A stretch of 63,766 nucleotides of DNA, counting the filler, from Craspedostauros australis (taxonomy: Eukaryota): assembly GCA_030167865.1 (NCBI GenBank). It is 7 parts of 7 records of this genome, joined end to end, with 100 filler letters (N's around TTAATTAATTAA, not from the genome) between each part and the next. Parts side by side here need not be neighbours in the genome. Positions count along the whole stretch, not along the records: positions 50,563 to 61,440 come from JALAGF010002479.1; positions 61,541 to 62,622 come from JALAGF010002480.1; positions 62,723 to 63,766 come from JALAGF010002483.1; 4 more parts are not named here. One strand, given 5' to 3'. Below the pieces are notes generated by a model. It saw only the letters and a program-made list of their open reading frames with translations, was not told where the DNA came from and did no database searches. The translations under genes were made by a program, and so were the position numbers. Positions 50,463 through 62,724 of this stretch are shown piece by piece (the first letter of the stretch is position 1; every line of letters starts with the position of its first letter).

Positions 50463-51876
50463 NNNNNNNNNNNNNNNNNNNNNNNNNNNNNNNNNNNNNN
50501 NNNNNNTTAATTAATTAANNNNNNNNNNNNNNNNNNNNNNNNNNNNNNNNNNNNNNNNNNNNCTCGCCAAGGGTGTTGGCGATTCTTCGTGAACGAAATT
50601 GTGAGGAGGGGAAGCGAAGATGATGTGTGTGACGAGTCCAAACGTGCCTGTGGTGCCCAAACACGTCTCGAATGCCTGAACGCATTCGTGAATGATGGAG
50701 GTGCTTGACAGATCACATCAGTGCTCACCGAGCAAGAGAGAAACGGCCACCAAACTTTAGGATTGTATATATAAACTATATACTATGCTACAATATAAAT
50801 ACGAGTACAGGATGGCCCATACGAGCTAAGTCCGGAGAGTTTAACTTTGGTTGATGCTGTTGTTGGCCTTTTTTTGTTCGGGACTTAAGTAGAAAATGTA
50901 CTACATTCTACAGAGCAGTTTCTGTGATCCAAACATCGCCAAACATCGCCAATTTGTTTGGCTACAGCCGGCTCTTTGAGGCACTGGAACGGCACGAAGA
51001 GGAATGGACATGGTCGTGTGGTGGGACGAGGAGATGAAGGTGGAATCAATAATCAATGCTATTGACGAGCGTTGATGAAGCGCGGCGCTGACGATGGTCA
51101 CCACATCGCAATGGTGTTGGTAGAGATCCATCTGTGTCGCGAAGCGAAGCGATGAGGCATGACATGACGTAACTGGACGCGACCGCAAGGGACGGAAGGG
51201 TCCGTGATCAAGACAAGAAGATGATGAGAGAATGAAAGATGGAGAGATACGGACTACAGCGTTGCTACAACAAGCATGGCAGCAGCGCATTCAACAATCC
51301 CATGAAGGCTCCATGCAGGATCGCTGACACGGATGCATTAGTCATCAAAGCCAACAAATTGAGGTGTGAATCAATGTTTCGAACAGCGAAAGTCACCAGT
51401 ATGGAATTGGATTTGGCGGTTGGAGTCTCCCTCATCAAGAATTGACTGGGTACAGTCTCGTCGCACTGCATGGATCAAGATTGGCATGTGGATAAACCAA
51501 GGATAATCGACATCCAATCAACGTCACATGGGACATCGGGATGGCTTGACACGTACCACATGATACAAGCACGTACACAGGCAAACAGGCAACGCAGCAT
51601 TTTCGTCGCTGATGTCCCACAGCTCATGAGCACCCGTGTTCCAGCGAGGTGGATGGACGCCATGGTTCGCCAGCCTTGCGATGGATGACCTCTGCGGTTC
51701 GTCGACCCAAGATGCCGCCCCAACAGATCCTGGGACCCAGAGGATTCAGCATCTCATTCTTCAGCATTCATCACCGCACTCCGCACTATCTGCCACCCGG
51801 AAAGAGTCTTGTACTCACTCTGAAGAGGGTAAAGGACAAGCGTTAACGTCTGCTCTACTCAAATTCGTCGTGTGCC

Positions 51877-54256
51877 TTAGCTTCTACGCTTTTTGGAGCG
51901 CTTCATTGAGCCGCCGGTGTCGGTGTACTCGTTCTCGATATCCTTTCTCTCCTTGCGGAGCCGGTCCACCTTTTGTTTCGATGGTGTGCGTCCCAAGGCA
52001 TCCTTCTCCTTCGTGATTTCGAGCTCTTCGCGTCTCGATGAAAGCTTGTCGACCTTGGCCTTCTTCTTGGCGATGCCGTGCTGCATGCGACCATACAGAT
52101 GAGCGGCTTTGCGGCTCATCATGGACTTGGCCAAGGCGTGGGCTTCCTCTTCCTCTCTCAGACGTTTCTTCTCCGCTTTCTTCTTTGCCTTCGCCGCCTT
52201 TACCTTCTTATCCTTGGCATCGTCTTCTTCGTCTTCCTGCTGTTCGTCTTCTTCGTCGCTATCATCGCTATCATCATCAGCGTCTGGTTCATCGATGGTT
52301 TCGGCCGGTTCGGCAGCGATGCTGTCGTCATCGCTGACCATGGTCTCGATGCTTTCGCCGTTCTTGAGCTTCTCGATTTCTTCGGCGTAGGCTGGTTTGT
52401 AGCCCTCCTCTTCGTTATCCACCCACGGTGACAGATGCGGTGGCAACGTCGCACCGACGGAGTATCGTGCGATGGGAAGGAGGAACATGAAGTTGCTGCT
52501 GTCCAAGATCCATTGCGGTTGCACGAATTCTCTGGACTTCGGGAGCTTCGCGTAAGAGGATGGCAGTTTGGGTCGGTCCACGATGTGATGCGTGATGGAA
52601 GAATCGTTGACCGAGATGGGGCTGTTGGGGCCCTCCCAGCCCACGCTGGCGCCGTAGGCCAGCGACACGAGCTCTATGTAACCCTTGGGGATTTCACGAG
52701 AAAGGAAGAATGTCAGACCATTGAACAACCCCCTTCGTTTGAGCGCATCGTCGTCCAAGTTCGCCCCACCAGACGATGGCATGGCGGTGCGAGCCTCCTG
52801 CTCAGACAAATTCTCCAACGCAGCCTTCAATGGGCCGGCCACGTCAACGTCGTCATCGCCATCATCATCCTCGTCGTCACTCTCACGTGGCAGATCATTC
52901 AAGGCGTCTCCCACGGATTTGAGCAGCTCCTTTTTCTTCTTCTTTTCGCTCTTTGATGCCTTCTTCTTGCTGCCGTTGCCGTCGTCTTGCGTGTCTTTGT
53001 CTGCGCCGACCGACTCATCGACGATGGCTGCCACGGCACTGGATGATGGATTTAGCGCATCCTTCAATGACTTGAGGTTGGCAGAAAGGATGGAGCTCGT
53101 GCTACCCCTCACTTCAGTGCCAGCTGTAACCGCCGGGAGGGGATAGCGGACCCCCAAATCACTGTACAGCTTGAAGAGTACGAAGTTCAGCAGCGTCTCG
53201 TAGAACTCGAAGAATGTGGACATGACGCGGTAGTCAACATCGGTCGGCATGAACTGGGTGAAGGAGTGTGGAATGACCCATCGCACCGGCACGCCCTTGA
53301 TGGTCGCCTCCATGTACACTCCCTTGACGGAGATGAAGGACTTCGTGATGCAGCCGGAGGTTGCGCAGTACGCACCCCAGGCTGACGCCAAGGACTTCGC
53401 GCCGTTGGACGTCTTTGCCTTGATGTTGTGCTCGCTTGGCAATGCCGCAAAAAGATACGTCAATGTCAACGCATCGTCGAGATCGGCCAAGGCATCGACG
53501 AAGCGAGGGTATCGCTCGCGCACCAGGTGATGCACCGTGTACGATGGACAGATGGCATTCTTTCGCACGGCTTCGTCTTTTTCGTTTCTGCCGGCGGCTC
53601 TGCGGATCTGCCGCGGTCGGTGTTGTGCAAGTTGAGATTTGGTGCAAAGTACGCACAAGTACGAGTTGAAGACAATCATGAACGGAAGAACATGTCAGTG
53701 TGCATTCTGGTTGGTGAGATCCGCTCCAACTTCCACAAATCACATTTTGCAATTTCCGAATGTGCAAACGAAATGCACCGCAAGTCAACATGCATACTCT
53801 TCAGAGCAGGCCCATTGTGGAACATCATTCGCAACAAGTGATGCGGTGCATGCGGCACGACCACGAGACGTGCAGAGGACCGTGCCCTCTCAGACGGCAA
53901 CGCACCTTCTTCAAGAATGCGCGGAATTCACGAAACTTCTCCAGGAGCGGTTCATGCGCCAGCGCCTTGATGTCCTTGATGTGGTAGAATGTCTGGCCTT
54001 TCTTGTTGCCTGGCATGCGCCCACGAGGCTCACGTGGGTAGATGCCCTTGAGGATGCACAGACGACGAAAGTCCTTGATCGTGATCTGGAGCATCTTGAG
54101 GGATCGCGAACGTCCTATGAAGGTCGCCTCCAGACCGGAATTGTCCCTCTTCTGCTTCTTTCCCATCCTTGACAGCTTGCGCGTCGATCCCATCTTGGAA
54201 TGCGAGGCTGCCTTGATGGACTTCTTCTTCACGCGTCCCTTCACACGGTTACCCAT
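51877..54256 (-). CDS. PES1: Pescadillo homolog (Nop7), 60S biogenesis; exons 54256-53906 and 53607-51877
   Basis: DFRRLCILKGIYPREP, HLVRERYPRFVDALADLDDAL, DVDYRVMSTFFEFYETLLNFV, BRCT region ITHHIVDRP...QPQWILDS, LPPHLSPWV. The intron 53608-53905 is in frame. Confidence 0.96.
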
Positions 54257-55018
54257 CTTGCGGTTCTTTTCCCGCAGCTGTTGGCTACGCTATTGGTGTT
54301 AGTGTTAGTGGTTGCGTTGGCGTTGGTATTTGTAGTGGTCGATTGGGACCTCTGGTTCCTCTATTCGTTGAGCCAAACGATCTGCTGGACCTTCCTGCTC
54401 TCCTCTATTCTGATTGTCTTCTTGTTGTCTTGCTAGCTTCGTTGGTGCCTGTGCTGTACTGGTATGGTATAACAGGTCTTTATGCCTTGATCCGGATGCT
54501 CGTCAGCCACGATGGTGTGGCGGTGTGATGGCCGAGAGTGTTGGAGGGATCGTGGCGCTGTGTCTGTGTTGGTTGTGGATTGTTTCCTTTGTCCATCACG
54601 TTTTCCGCTTTCGTTTTTCCGCATTTCTCCATTCGTCTTTCGTTGGCTTTGTGGACAATGGGTTATCAGCTATAATGGAATCTCGACTCGTGCGACTTCA
54701 TCGAATCTGCCTTCGAATTTTGGATCGTTGACTCATGCGACTATGGATACGTGAATCCGGGTGATGGGTGGTTGATGTCATCTTCCATGTGGATCCTTGC
54801 CGAACTTGACACGATGGTGACACAGAGAGAAGCGCAACAGCATCAACGGCAACAGCGACATGATCGGATACGAAACACCGAGGACGAACATCCTCCAATT
54901 CCCACCACCTTTCCAACGACTCGAACAACCCATCACATCACAAGACATCACACCACAACAGAACCAAATAGCATTCCTGCCATACGCACCACATCAATCA
55001 CATACTCCCAATTCCAAA

Positions 55019-55456
55019 ATGAACCGCATCGCCGCCACCCTCTTGCTGATCTGCGCAGCCGCTCTCGGACGATCCGAGGCCTTCGTGACCCCGAGCAATA
55101 CCTTCGGAGTCGCCAAGACATGCCTGTCACCAGCAACCTCGCAAGCCGCATTCCAGCCAGAGGCCATGCAGCGACAGAGGCAGTCCGTGGCGTCCGTTCA
55201 GACCATGGGACTCTTCGGCCTTGGCGCACCAGAAATCGGCGTTATCCTCGTGGCAGCCGCGTTCCTGCTCGGACCCGAGAAGCTGGCAGAGTTCGGAAAG
55301 GATGCCGGACGCATCGCTGGTGAGCTCAAGGAGGTGCCAAAGGAGTTCCAGGAGGGAATGAAGGAGGGTGAGGCCTCCGCCGCGAAGCTTAAGGCCAGCG
55401 ACGACCCCGACGTTCCAGCCACGACCGTGACACCGGTTGAGAAGAAGACCGAATAG
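55019..55456 (+). CDS. tatA: TatA/B-family (Tha4/Hcf106-like) thylakoid twin-arginine translocase subunit, plastid-targeted
   Basis: Signal peptide + SEAF|V; GLFGLGAPEIGVILVAAAFLLGPEKL followed by an amphipathic helix (EF). Confidence 0.82.
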   Translation: MNRIAATLLLICAAALGRSEAFVTPSNTFGVAKTCLSPATSQAAFQPEAMQRQRQSVASVQTMGLFGLGAPEIGVILVAAAFLLGPEKLAEFGKDAGRIAGELKEVPKEFQEGMKEGEASAAKLKASDDPDVPATTVTPVEKKTE

Positions 55457-56481
55457 GTCAGCCGACACACTCAAAATCGCGGTCATCGTCGCCGTCATCA
55501 TCATCCAGAGCACCGTGTATCGGCAAGTTCGAAGATAGCGACGAACACCAACACGGCCATGGCCATGACAACGCCACGGGAGGTTCGTTCGTCGTGGTCC
55601 CTGCCAACCGTTCTTACCCTCCTTCTTCGCAGCTCGTCGCGTCACTGCGACAAACTACGACCCACTGCTGCTACTGCTACTGCTATTTCACCGTAGAGTA
55701 ATCCAGTAGTCTTCAATGCATTCAATATTCATCTCCAATGTCCCAATCCAAGACTGGATGTGGCTTGAACACAGGCATGTGCAAGTGTGAATTTGAGGGT
55801 TAGTCTGAAGCAGAACCGGTGCAAATGTGGTGCACCATCAATTCTCTCAAATGAATGCAGCCTCCAAGCCGCTCTTCCTTTCATAATGGCCAAGTAGTCG
55901 TGTTGATCAGAATGCGTCCACCAGGTCTCGGCACTGATCCCTGATGAGGTAGCTCAAACTCGCAAAGCCATCGAATACGAGTTCACTCCGCACGGCTCAT
56001 CTTTATCGAAGCAGTACCAGACGATCTCATGTAGCTTGTGCTTGACGGAACATCGTTCATTGACACTGACTCCACGCTAACGCAAGTTCGGAATGTACGA
56101 CTATGATGAGTAATGTACTATGTGCCCTTCAATGGTGCTCTGCGAGCGCATGATGGTACACTGTATTCGACTTCTGGCATGAACTAGCCCAGTACGACTA
56201 CCCACTCGATGTTTCGTCCCCCCAGGTTGCAGTCGTGGATACGACACGAACGTGGTGGGCGAGTCTGGGTGTGGATCGCAAGGAGACAATTCAACGCGCT
56301 GAAATCACACAAACAGGCGATCTTTTTGTTGACGCACATCATTCCACACCGACATTCCGATTCTCTCTCTCTCGCAACCATTCCCACTCTCTTCTCTCGT
56401 CATCATTCTGTCCACTCTGTTGACTCTATCCACTCCACTCCACGAGCAACAACAACACCACCCCGACCGACACTCGCAAAT

Positions 56482-56940
56482 ATGATCCATGGGACTGTCT
56501 TCCTCCTGCTCCTGTGCGCGCTGCAGCTGCAATCATCGCCGGCGTTCACAAGTCCGCACCACGCAAGAGCCACAACCAGGACCCCAGTCGCCACCACCGC
56601 GACGATATTTCGCAACTCGCAGACTGCGCACATTGGCGTGCAGCGCAGCTCCGTCGCGCAGACGCGATTGATGGGACTTTTCGGACTTGGCGTTCCGGAG
56701 CTCGTCATCATCGCGGTTGCTGGCGTCATCGTCGTTGGACCCACCAATCTGGGACGCACGATGGGCAATTTCGCTGGTTCCACCATGAGCGACATGGGCG
56801 ATCTGGAGGAGCTTAAGAAGATTCCAACGGAATTCCAAAAGGGCGTTGAGGAGGGAGAGATGAATGTTCGATCGCGCAAGGCCAAGCAGATGGAAATGCC
56901 GCCTCCCGAAGATGATGAAAAGTCAGGCAAAAACGAGTGA
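56482..56940 (+). CDS. Second TatA/B-family paralog, plastid-targeted
   Basis: Signal peptide + SPAF|T; GLFGLGVPELVIIAVAGVIVVGPTNL...KKIPTEFQKG. Confidence 0.78.
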   Translation: MIHGTVFLLLLCALQLQSSPAFTSPHHARATTRTPVATTATIFRNSQTAHIGVQRSSVAQTRLMGLFGLGVPELVIIAVAGVIVVGPTNLGRTMGNFAGSTMSDMGDLEELKKIPTEFQKGVEEGEMNVRSRKAKQMEMPPPEDDEKSGKNE

Positions 56941-57641
56941 TATGGAGATCAACAGATGTGCTGTTATGCTACCTTCTGTTGCAGAACATGCTTGCAACCC
57001 GCAGAGTCTATGACAGTACATGGTAGCTCGCACAAGTACAGCAGCAAGTACTGCTCTAACCCACTCTGTCCTGCTCTGACGCACGAGATACTCCATCGGC
57101 ATCGCGCAGCTCCCAAAGGATTCAGCAGCGCCCGCATTCAGTGCTGTGCACGACGATGCACCATACGAGTAGCGCACTGCCGCTGTGTTCCTATTAGAGT
57201 AGAGTACTTCAGTACGTCGTGTGTATGGTACCACATCCCATCTCTGAGTTTAGACAGTGCGAAGTGGATCGCGTGGTATGGTTTGGGCAGCCGTGATCAA
57301 GCCGCCAATACTCATACAATCGCGGCGATGAGATTGTAAAGTGGCAGACCAAGTGGACCCAGATAGCCTGGCATTCCGCATCCACTGCATCACAGTTCAT
57401 TGCATGTTGCTTGTAGTTGCCCCCCTTGGGGACCGCCTTGTGATGGAGAAGAATAGTCATACTCGTATTGTGGAGTACCCACATCACTTGATGGGGAGCT
57501 CAAGCAGCAACCAAGAAGTGAGCATGTCGATTCCATTGGAGTCATTCACTTCATCCTTTCGTTCTGTCGTTCGTTTGAGAGAGGCAGACCATGCTCCGAC
57601 AACATCTACCAACTCATTCACCCATCAAGCCATGCGTTGAG

Positions 57642-59405
57642 CTACTCATCATCGTCAATCGGCTGATCCGTCTTGACCCACCCATTGGATTGGAATTCGA
57701 ATTTGAGGCGCTGCAGCTCTTCCTTCTTGTAGTTCTCGAAGTGTTTCAGATCGAATCCATACTGTGCGCAGAACGTCGCATCCGTGGCGGAGGCCAGAGC
57801 GCTCAATGTGGGCTGGATGTTGCCCTGTGATTGTGCATAATGCCATCGTGGGAGCATACGGTTGTGCAATGAGGCTGTCAGATTACGTCCGCTGATGGCA
57901 CCACTTGTCATGTATCCCATGCGGTGCAGGAATTCCACCTTGGGACGCAGGTTGCGCTCCACACTCGATGACAGGATGATTGGTGACGTGCGCAGCATGG
58001 AGATCGCGGTGGGCTGACCCCATGTGCTGCACAGGAACTCCACAGTTGGTTGGATGTTGTCTGTCAGGCTCATGGTATAGACCGTGCTGGCCTTGCGCAA
58101 GACGAGCGCTGCCAACGAGGCGGGCCGGTCCTGGCTATAGGCGTCGTTCCCAATGGCATCAAAGTATGCGATCTTCGCTTCCAGGTTGCACAACGAGAGC
58201 TGCAAGAAGTAGGGCCATCGCAACACCGATTTCTTGAGCTGCTGTGGTGTCAGCATGGTGAAGAGCAGATCCAATTTGGGTTGCAGGTTGTCTTCCATGG
58301 AGAGGTTGAGATTTATGGCACCATGTCGCAAGAGCAGCGTTGTTGTCTCGGTGCGATTGAGCTGCAGATTATCCACCAGGTACTCCACACGCTGTTGCAG
58401 GTTGCCTTCTGTGTCCATCCAGTTCCTTTGCAACACCGTCTTCAAGATGGTATTGATGACTTCGTTCGTGGATTTGCGTTGCTGACGAAGGACCTCCTCA
58501 TCAAGCACAGATCGCAGGTACGTCACAGCAGCATCGATCTTGGCATGGGTTTTGGCTGATGTGGCGATGTCACCTTCCATCTGGGTGCTGTTTGCAGGAT
58601 GTGACGACTGGTCAGATTCCTCCTCCCAATAATGCTGCAGTTCTTCAGCCACCCTTGCGCCACGGCGCTTGGCGACGCGGGCAAGCAGCAGCTTGGGGTT
58701 GCGCTCGATGGCCTGCTGCAGCCTTTTGTGTCCCCATAGGTTGGTAAGGAAGTCGTGGGTGGGCTTCAGCACGACAGCGACGTCCTTGCGCAGGATACGC
58801 GGTTCCGTCTGAATGACCTTCTGCGCCACATGCGGAGGACAGACAGAGGACACAAAGTCGAGAACGTCCTGCACTTGTTGCGGCGACACCCGATCGGCAA
58901 CGCCGTACAGGTACTTTTGCGACTTGACCCATTCCTTTGGGGTGGGTGGATTGCGCGATGCACCTTCGTTCTGCAGACACTCGCGGACAAGGGAGCGTCT
59001 GTCGTCGTCTCGTATTTGGTCGAAGTGCGAGTAGATGACACTCATGTGGTGCCTCGCCTTGATAGTTGCGATGGATGGTGCCAATGGTGCCAGTGCATCT
59101 GTCTTGGCATCCATCTTGGCGTCCTTCTTGGCATCTGATGGAGCTGACTGGGATGTATCGGTGTTTGATGCCAGCAATCTGGACCATCCATTCCGTGTCG
59201 GCGTGTTCACACATGTTGGTGTTGGTGGCAGATGAGAGTCTGTGTGTCGGTAGATGTTCGAGTATGGATCAATGTTTGACAGCCCCCAGCGATATCGATC
59301 ATGACCATGCTGGTGGCGGTTGCTTGCAAAGGCGGCTGTGGTTGCTGCTTGTGTCAGAGCAGCGACGCCCACTGAGAAGACAAGGGCATGCCTCCCAAGC
59401 ATCAT
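57642..59405 (-). CDS. mTERF-family protein, probably plastid-targeted (start uncertain; ATGs at 59507, 59483 and 59405)
   Basis: Repeats PRIL...LKPTHDFL, NLQPKLDLL, LSLCNLEAKIAYF, SLTDNIQPTVEFL, SSVERNLRPKVEFL; leader MMLGRHALVFSVGVAALTQAATTAAF. Confidence 0.85.
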   Translation of the reverse strand: MMLGRHALVFSVGVAALTQAATTAAFASNRHQHGHDRYRWGLSNIDPYSNIYRHTDSHLPPTPTCVNTPTRNGWSRLLASNTDTSQSAPSDAKKDAKMDAKTDALAPLAPSIATIKARHHMSVIYSHFDQIRDDDRRSLVRECLQNEGASRNPPTPKEWVKSQKYLYGVADRVSPQQVQDVLDFVSSVCPPHVAQKVIQTEPRILRKDVAVVLKPTHDFLTNLWGHKRLQQAIERNPKLLLARVAKRRGARVAEELQHYWEEESDQSSHPANSTQMEGDIATSAKTHAKIDAAVTYLRSVLDEEVLRQQRKSTNEVINTILKTVLQRNWMDTEGNLQQRVEYLVDNLQLNRTETTTLLLRHGAINLNLSMEDNLQPKLDLLFTMLTPQQLKKSVLRWPYFLQLSLCNLEAKIAYFDAIGNDAYSQDRPASLAALVLRKASTVYTMSLTDNIQPTVEFLCSTWGQPTAISMLRTSPIILSSSVERNLRPKVEFLHRMGYMTSGAISGRNLTASLHNRMLPRWHYAQSQGNIQPTLSALASATDATFCAQYGFDLKHFENYKKEELQRLKFEFQSNGWVKTDQPIDDDE

Positions 59406-60056
59406 GCTCTTCAGTTTCGGACGGCGGCTGTTTCGATCCTGTTTCCTTCTCTTCTTCGATGCATCATCCGTGCTTGTGCTCATGACCGCGCAAGTACTCG
59501 TATTCATGATCGTTGTCCGTATCTGTGCGAGAATCATTGAGAGTGATAGGAGCACACCATGTACAATACCATCGATGCATGGGGCAATGGAGTATTATAG
59601 TGGTGGGTGGAAAGATGTGAGTGTGAGCATGTACATGATTTGATGTGCTTGCCCATCCACAACCTCGCCGACACGCGCGAGACGAAGAAGTTCGTGTGGT
59701 ATGTTCTTTTGGAAACACAGAACTCGAATTCATGGAAGATTTGTTTGCCGAGCGTATTTGTCAAAGCACTTGTCAGCGTTTTCGGTGCTTTGTCAGCGAA
59801 CACAGACAAACACAGGCACACACAGAGAGAGAAAGAGAAGACCCACCCGAACAAGACAACAACACACACCACCCAACCCCATACTCGATCACGTCAACAA
59901 CAGACATCGAATTGCCACTCATCACAAAGCGTATGGTACTCATACGAATACAAGCCATTGAAGACACCACCATCGGTAGCTCATACCACGCACTTGCTCG
60001 ACAGCCAATCCATCGCCAATCGTCCAACGTCAATCGTCCAGCAACCATCCCTCAAA

Positions 60057-60878
60057 ATGCCGAATGTTACACACAGACAGCTCCTTGGTGCTGCCACAGC
60101 AGGTGACTTGTCAGTGTTGAAGGAATGGAAGAAGCATAGCAAGACGCAGAATGAAGGAGTTGATGTCAACAAGGTTACAGACAAAAATGGTCAGACTCCC
60201 CTTTATTGGGCATGCCGTAACGGCCAGCTGGAGTGTGCCAAGCACCTCATGGAATCATGTGAGGCGAACATCAACTGTCAAAACAACCATGGTGACACTC
60301 CCCTTCATGTGGCATGCATGCACGGCCACCTGGAGTGTGTGAAGCACCTCATCGAATCGCATGGGGCGAACGTCAACTTCCAAAACAAACATGGTTCCAC
60401 TCCCCTTCATTGGGCATGCCACAACGGCCACCTGGAGTGTGTGCAGTACCTCATCAAATCATGTCGGGCGAACATCAACTGCGAAACCAACGATGGTTCC
60501 ACTTCCCTTCATTGGGCATGCATGGACGACAAGCTGGAGTGTGCCAAGTACCTCATCGAATCATGTGGGGTGAACATCAACTGCAAAGACAACGCTGGAT
60601 CCACTCCCCTTCATTGGGCATGCATCGATGGCAAGCTAGAGTGTATCGATTACCTAATTCAATCATGTGGGGTGAACATCAACTGCAAAGACAATGATGG
60701 CTCCACTCCCCTTCATGTGGCATGCTGCAACAGCCAGCTGGAGTGTGTCAAGTACCTCATCGAATCAGCCAATGCGGATATCAACATCCGAAACAATGAC
60801 AACGAAACACCCCTCAATTTGCTTGATGATTTGATTGATGCAGAGCATAATAATAGAACCCAAACAATATGGCTGTAG
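60057..60878 (+). CDS. Ankyrin-repeat protein (six 34-aa repeats), possibly truncated at the C-terminus
   Basis: TPLH(W/V)AC..G.LEC..YLI.SC..NINC repeats starting at 60195, 60297, 60399, 60501, 60603, 60705 and a partial repeat at 60807. Confidence 0.9.
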   Translation: MPNVTHRQLLGAATAGDLSVLKEWKKHSKTQNEGVDVNKVTDKNGQTPLYWACRNGQLECAKHLMESCEANINCQNNHGDTPLHVACMHGHLECVKHLIESHGANVNFQNKHGSTPLHWACHNGHLECVQYLIKSCRANINCETNDGSTSLHWACMDDKLECAKYLIESCGVNINCKDNAGSTPLHWACIDGKLECIDYLIQSCGVNINCKDNDGSTPLHVACCNSQLECVKYLIESANADINIRNNDNETPLNLLDDLIDAEHNNRTQTIWL

Positions 60879-61540
60879 TCTTTGTTGTCTGTTGCTAGCT
60901 GTAGGCAGAGGCTTGAAAGTCAAGCAGTCCAAATGAGAATCTTCTGGTCCACAAGTGGTCAATTGAGAGTACTTATGAGCGAAGAAACATGCGGGTTTTG
61001 AGAGTTAATGCTATGCTTCTTATTTTGGGGGAGATCTCCTGGGAGCAACGGTAAAAAACAAAAATTACCATAGGTCGGAAAACAAGCTGAAACGAAACAC
61101 GTACGCTACGGTGGCTTGGACTGAATAGCATGACCGGGGCAACCAGTGTTGGAGTGCGGAGAGCGAAGCAACTCACAAACCCGAGAAGCACCACTCCTGT
61201 GTTGTTGGCAACTGNNNNNNNNNNNNNNNNNNNNNNNNNNNNNNNNNNNNNNNNNNTTGATTGACTTGTGTGGGACTATTGATGTGTGGAGTAATTAAGG
61301 TGCCATTGGGGTTGTTGCCTTTGGGCGTCTGAGTGAGCGTTTGGTGTTTCTCTTCGGGGTCGCAGAGGTGGCAGAGTTCTGTTGTTTGGGGCACAACACA
61401 GTTGCAGTGTTCATGACAAAAGACACTGGATCAGTATCGTNNNNNNNNNNNNNNNNNNNNNNNNNNNNNNNNNNNNNNNNNNNNTTAATTAATTAANNNN
61501 NNNNNNNNNNNNNNNNNNNNNNNNNNNNNNNNNNNNNNNN

Positions 61541-62597
61541 AAAGGCAGGGCACAAGATCATCCAATGCTTCAAGCTGAAGGCAGCAATGAAGGAAGCTGA
61601 GAGCGCCAACATGGCGATGGATGGCGACGATGCGATGGACGATATGGCATTGGTCATCGCAGATGGTGGTTTCGTTGAGATTGACGATCTTGATGAGATC
61701 GAACTCGAGGATGGACTCGAAGAGGATCTCTTCGAAATCATGGAGTCGTTCCCTTCGAACGAGAGAGCGGAATCGCCGATCACCGAAGGCATCCGCGACC
61801 TCATGAACGACGATCTGCTCGAATCAGACGAGAGCATTGGGGACACCGAAATCGCGATGCCAGGGGTCGACGTCAACAACGCGCCACCTGCGCAAGGTGA
61901 GGAAGCAGTGGCCACTTGGATGAGTAACGCCATCGACTACTTCCTGCGCGACGAAATCGACCGCGTGTGTGAACGCAGCAGAACGGATGCATGGTGTCCA
62001 ATCTGCCTCGCGCGTGGAGCGATGTATTCGTGGTGCACAGAATGCACCGAATTCGACGTGTTCAAGATTCGAGCACGTTGGGCGTTCAGAAAAATCCCGA
62101 CAACCACCGAACCGGAAAGGATTCGCCGTCGAGCGATCCTGAGCCAATTCGACTCAGTGGAGGACGCCGTGAGGATCTCTCTATCCAACGTCTTGGAGGC
62201 TGTGCAGGTTCGAATCAATTGCGCAATTCTGTGCTACGACGTCAGGAGGGAATCCATTTGGGAGAGAGCCTACTGCTTGTGTTGGCAAGTTCCGCTCACG
62301 GTAACCTACGATCGTGGAAGATGGTGTTGGTTGATAGTTGTCTGTTTGCTATTTCATTACTTGGCTACTCCGATGCTCTCGGTGTACGCCGTTCTCTCGC
62401 CCGATGCTCTCGGTGCTTCAATCTGTTTCGTAGATTCAGTCTCCGACTATGAGTCGGTACGCGAGATGCTCTCTCGCTCCTCTTCTATATTCTCTCTCTC
62501 TCTCAACATCGTGTGCTCATCGCACACGATACTCCGTGTTCGATACGTACTCCGTATTCGACATTCCGTTCATTCAGTACTGGCTCCTACTCCATGA
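61541..62597 (+). mobile_element. Possible LTR-retrotransposon gag fragment (end of a zinc knuckle), deleted derivative
   Basis: The contig begins KAGHKIIQCFKLK...ANMA (GH-x4-C tail of a CCHC knuckle), followed by an acidic tract and CPIC...CTEC. No protease motif follows. Confidence 0.35.
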
Positions 62598-62724
62598 GTA
62601 CTCGCCATTTGAAGTTCACCTTNNNNNNNNNNNNNNNNNNNNNNNNNNNNNNNNNNNNNNNNNNNNTTAATTAATTAANNNNNNNNNNNNNNNNNNNNNN
62701 NNNNNNNNNNNNNNNNNNNNNNAG

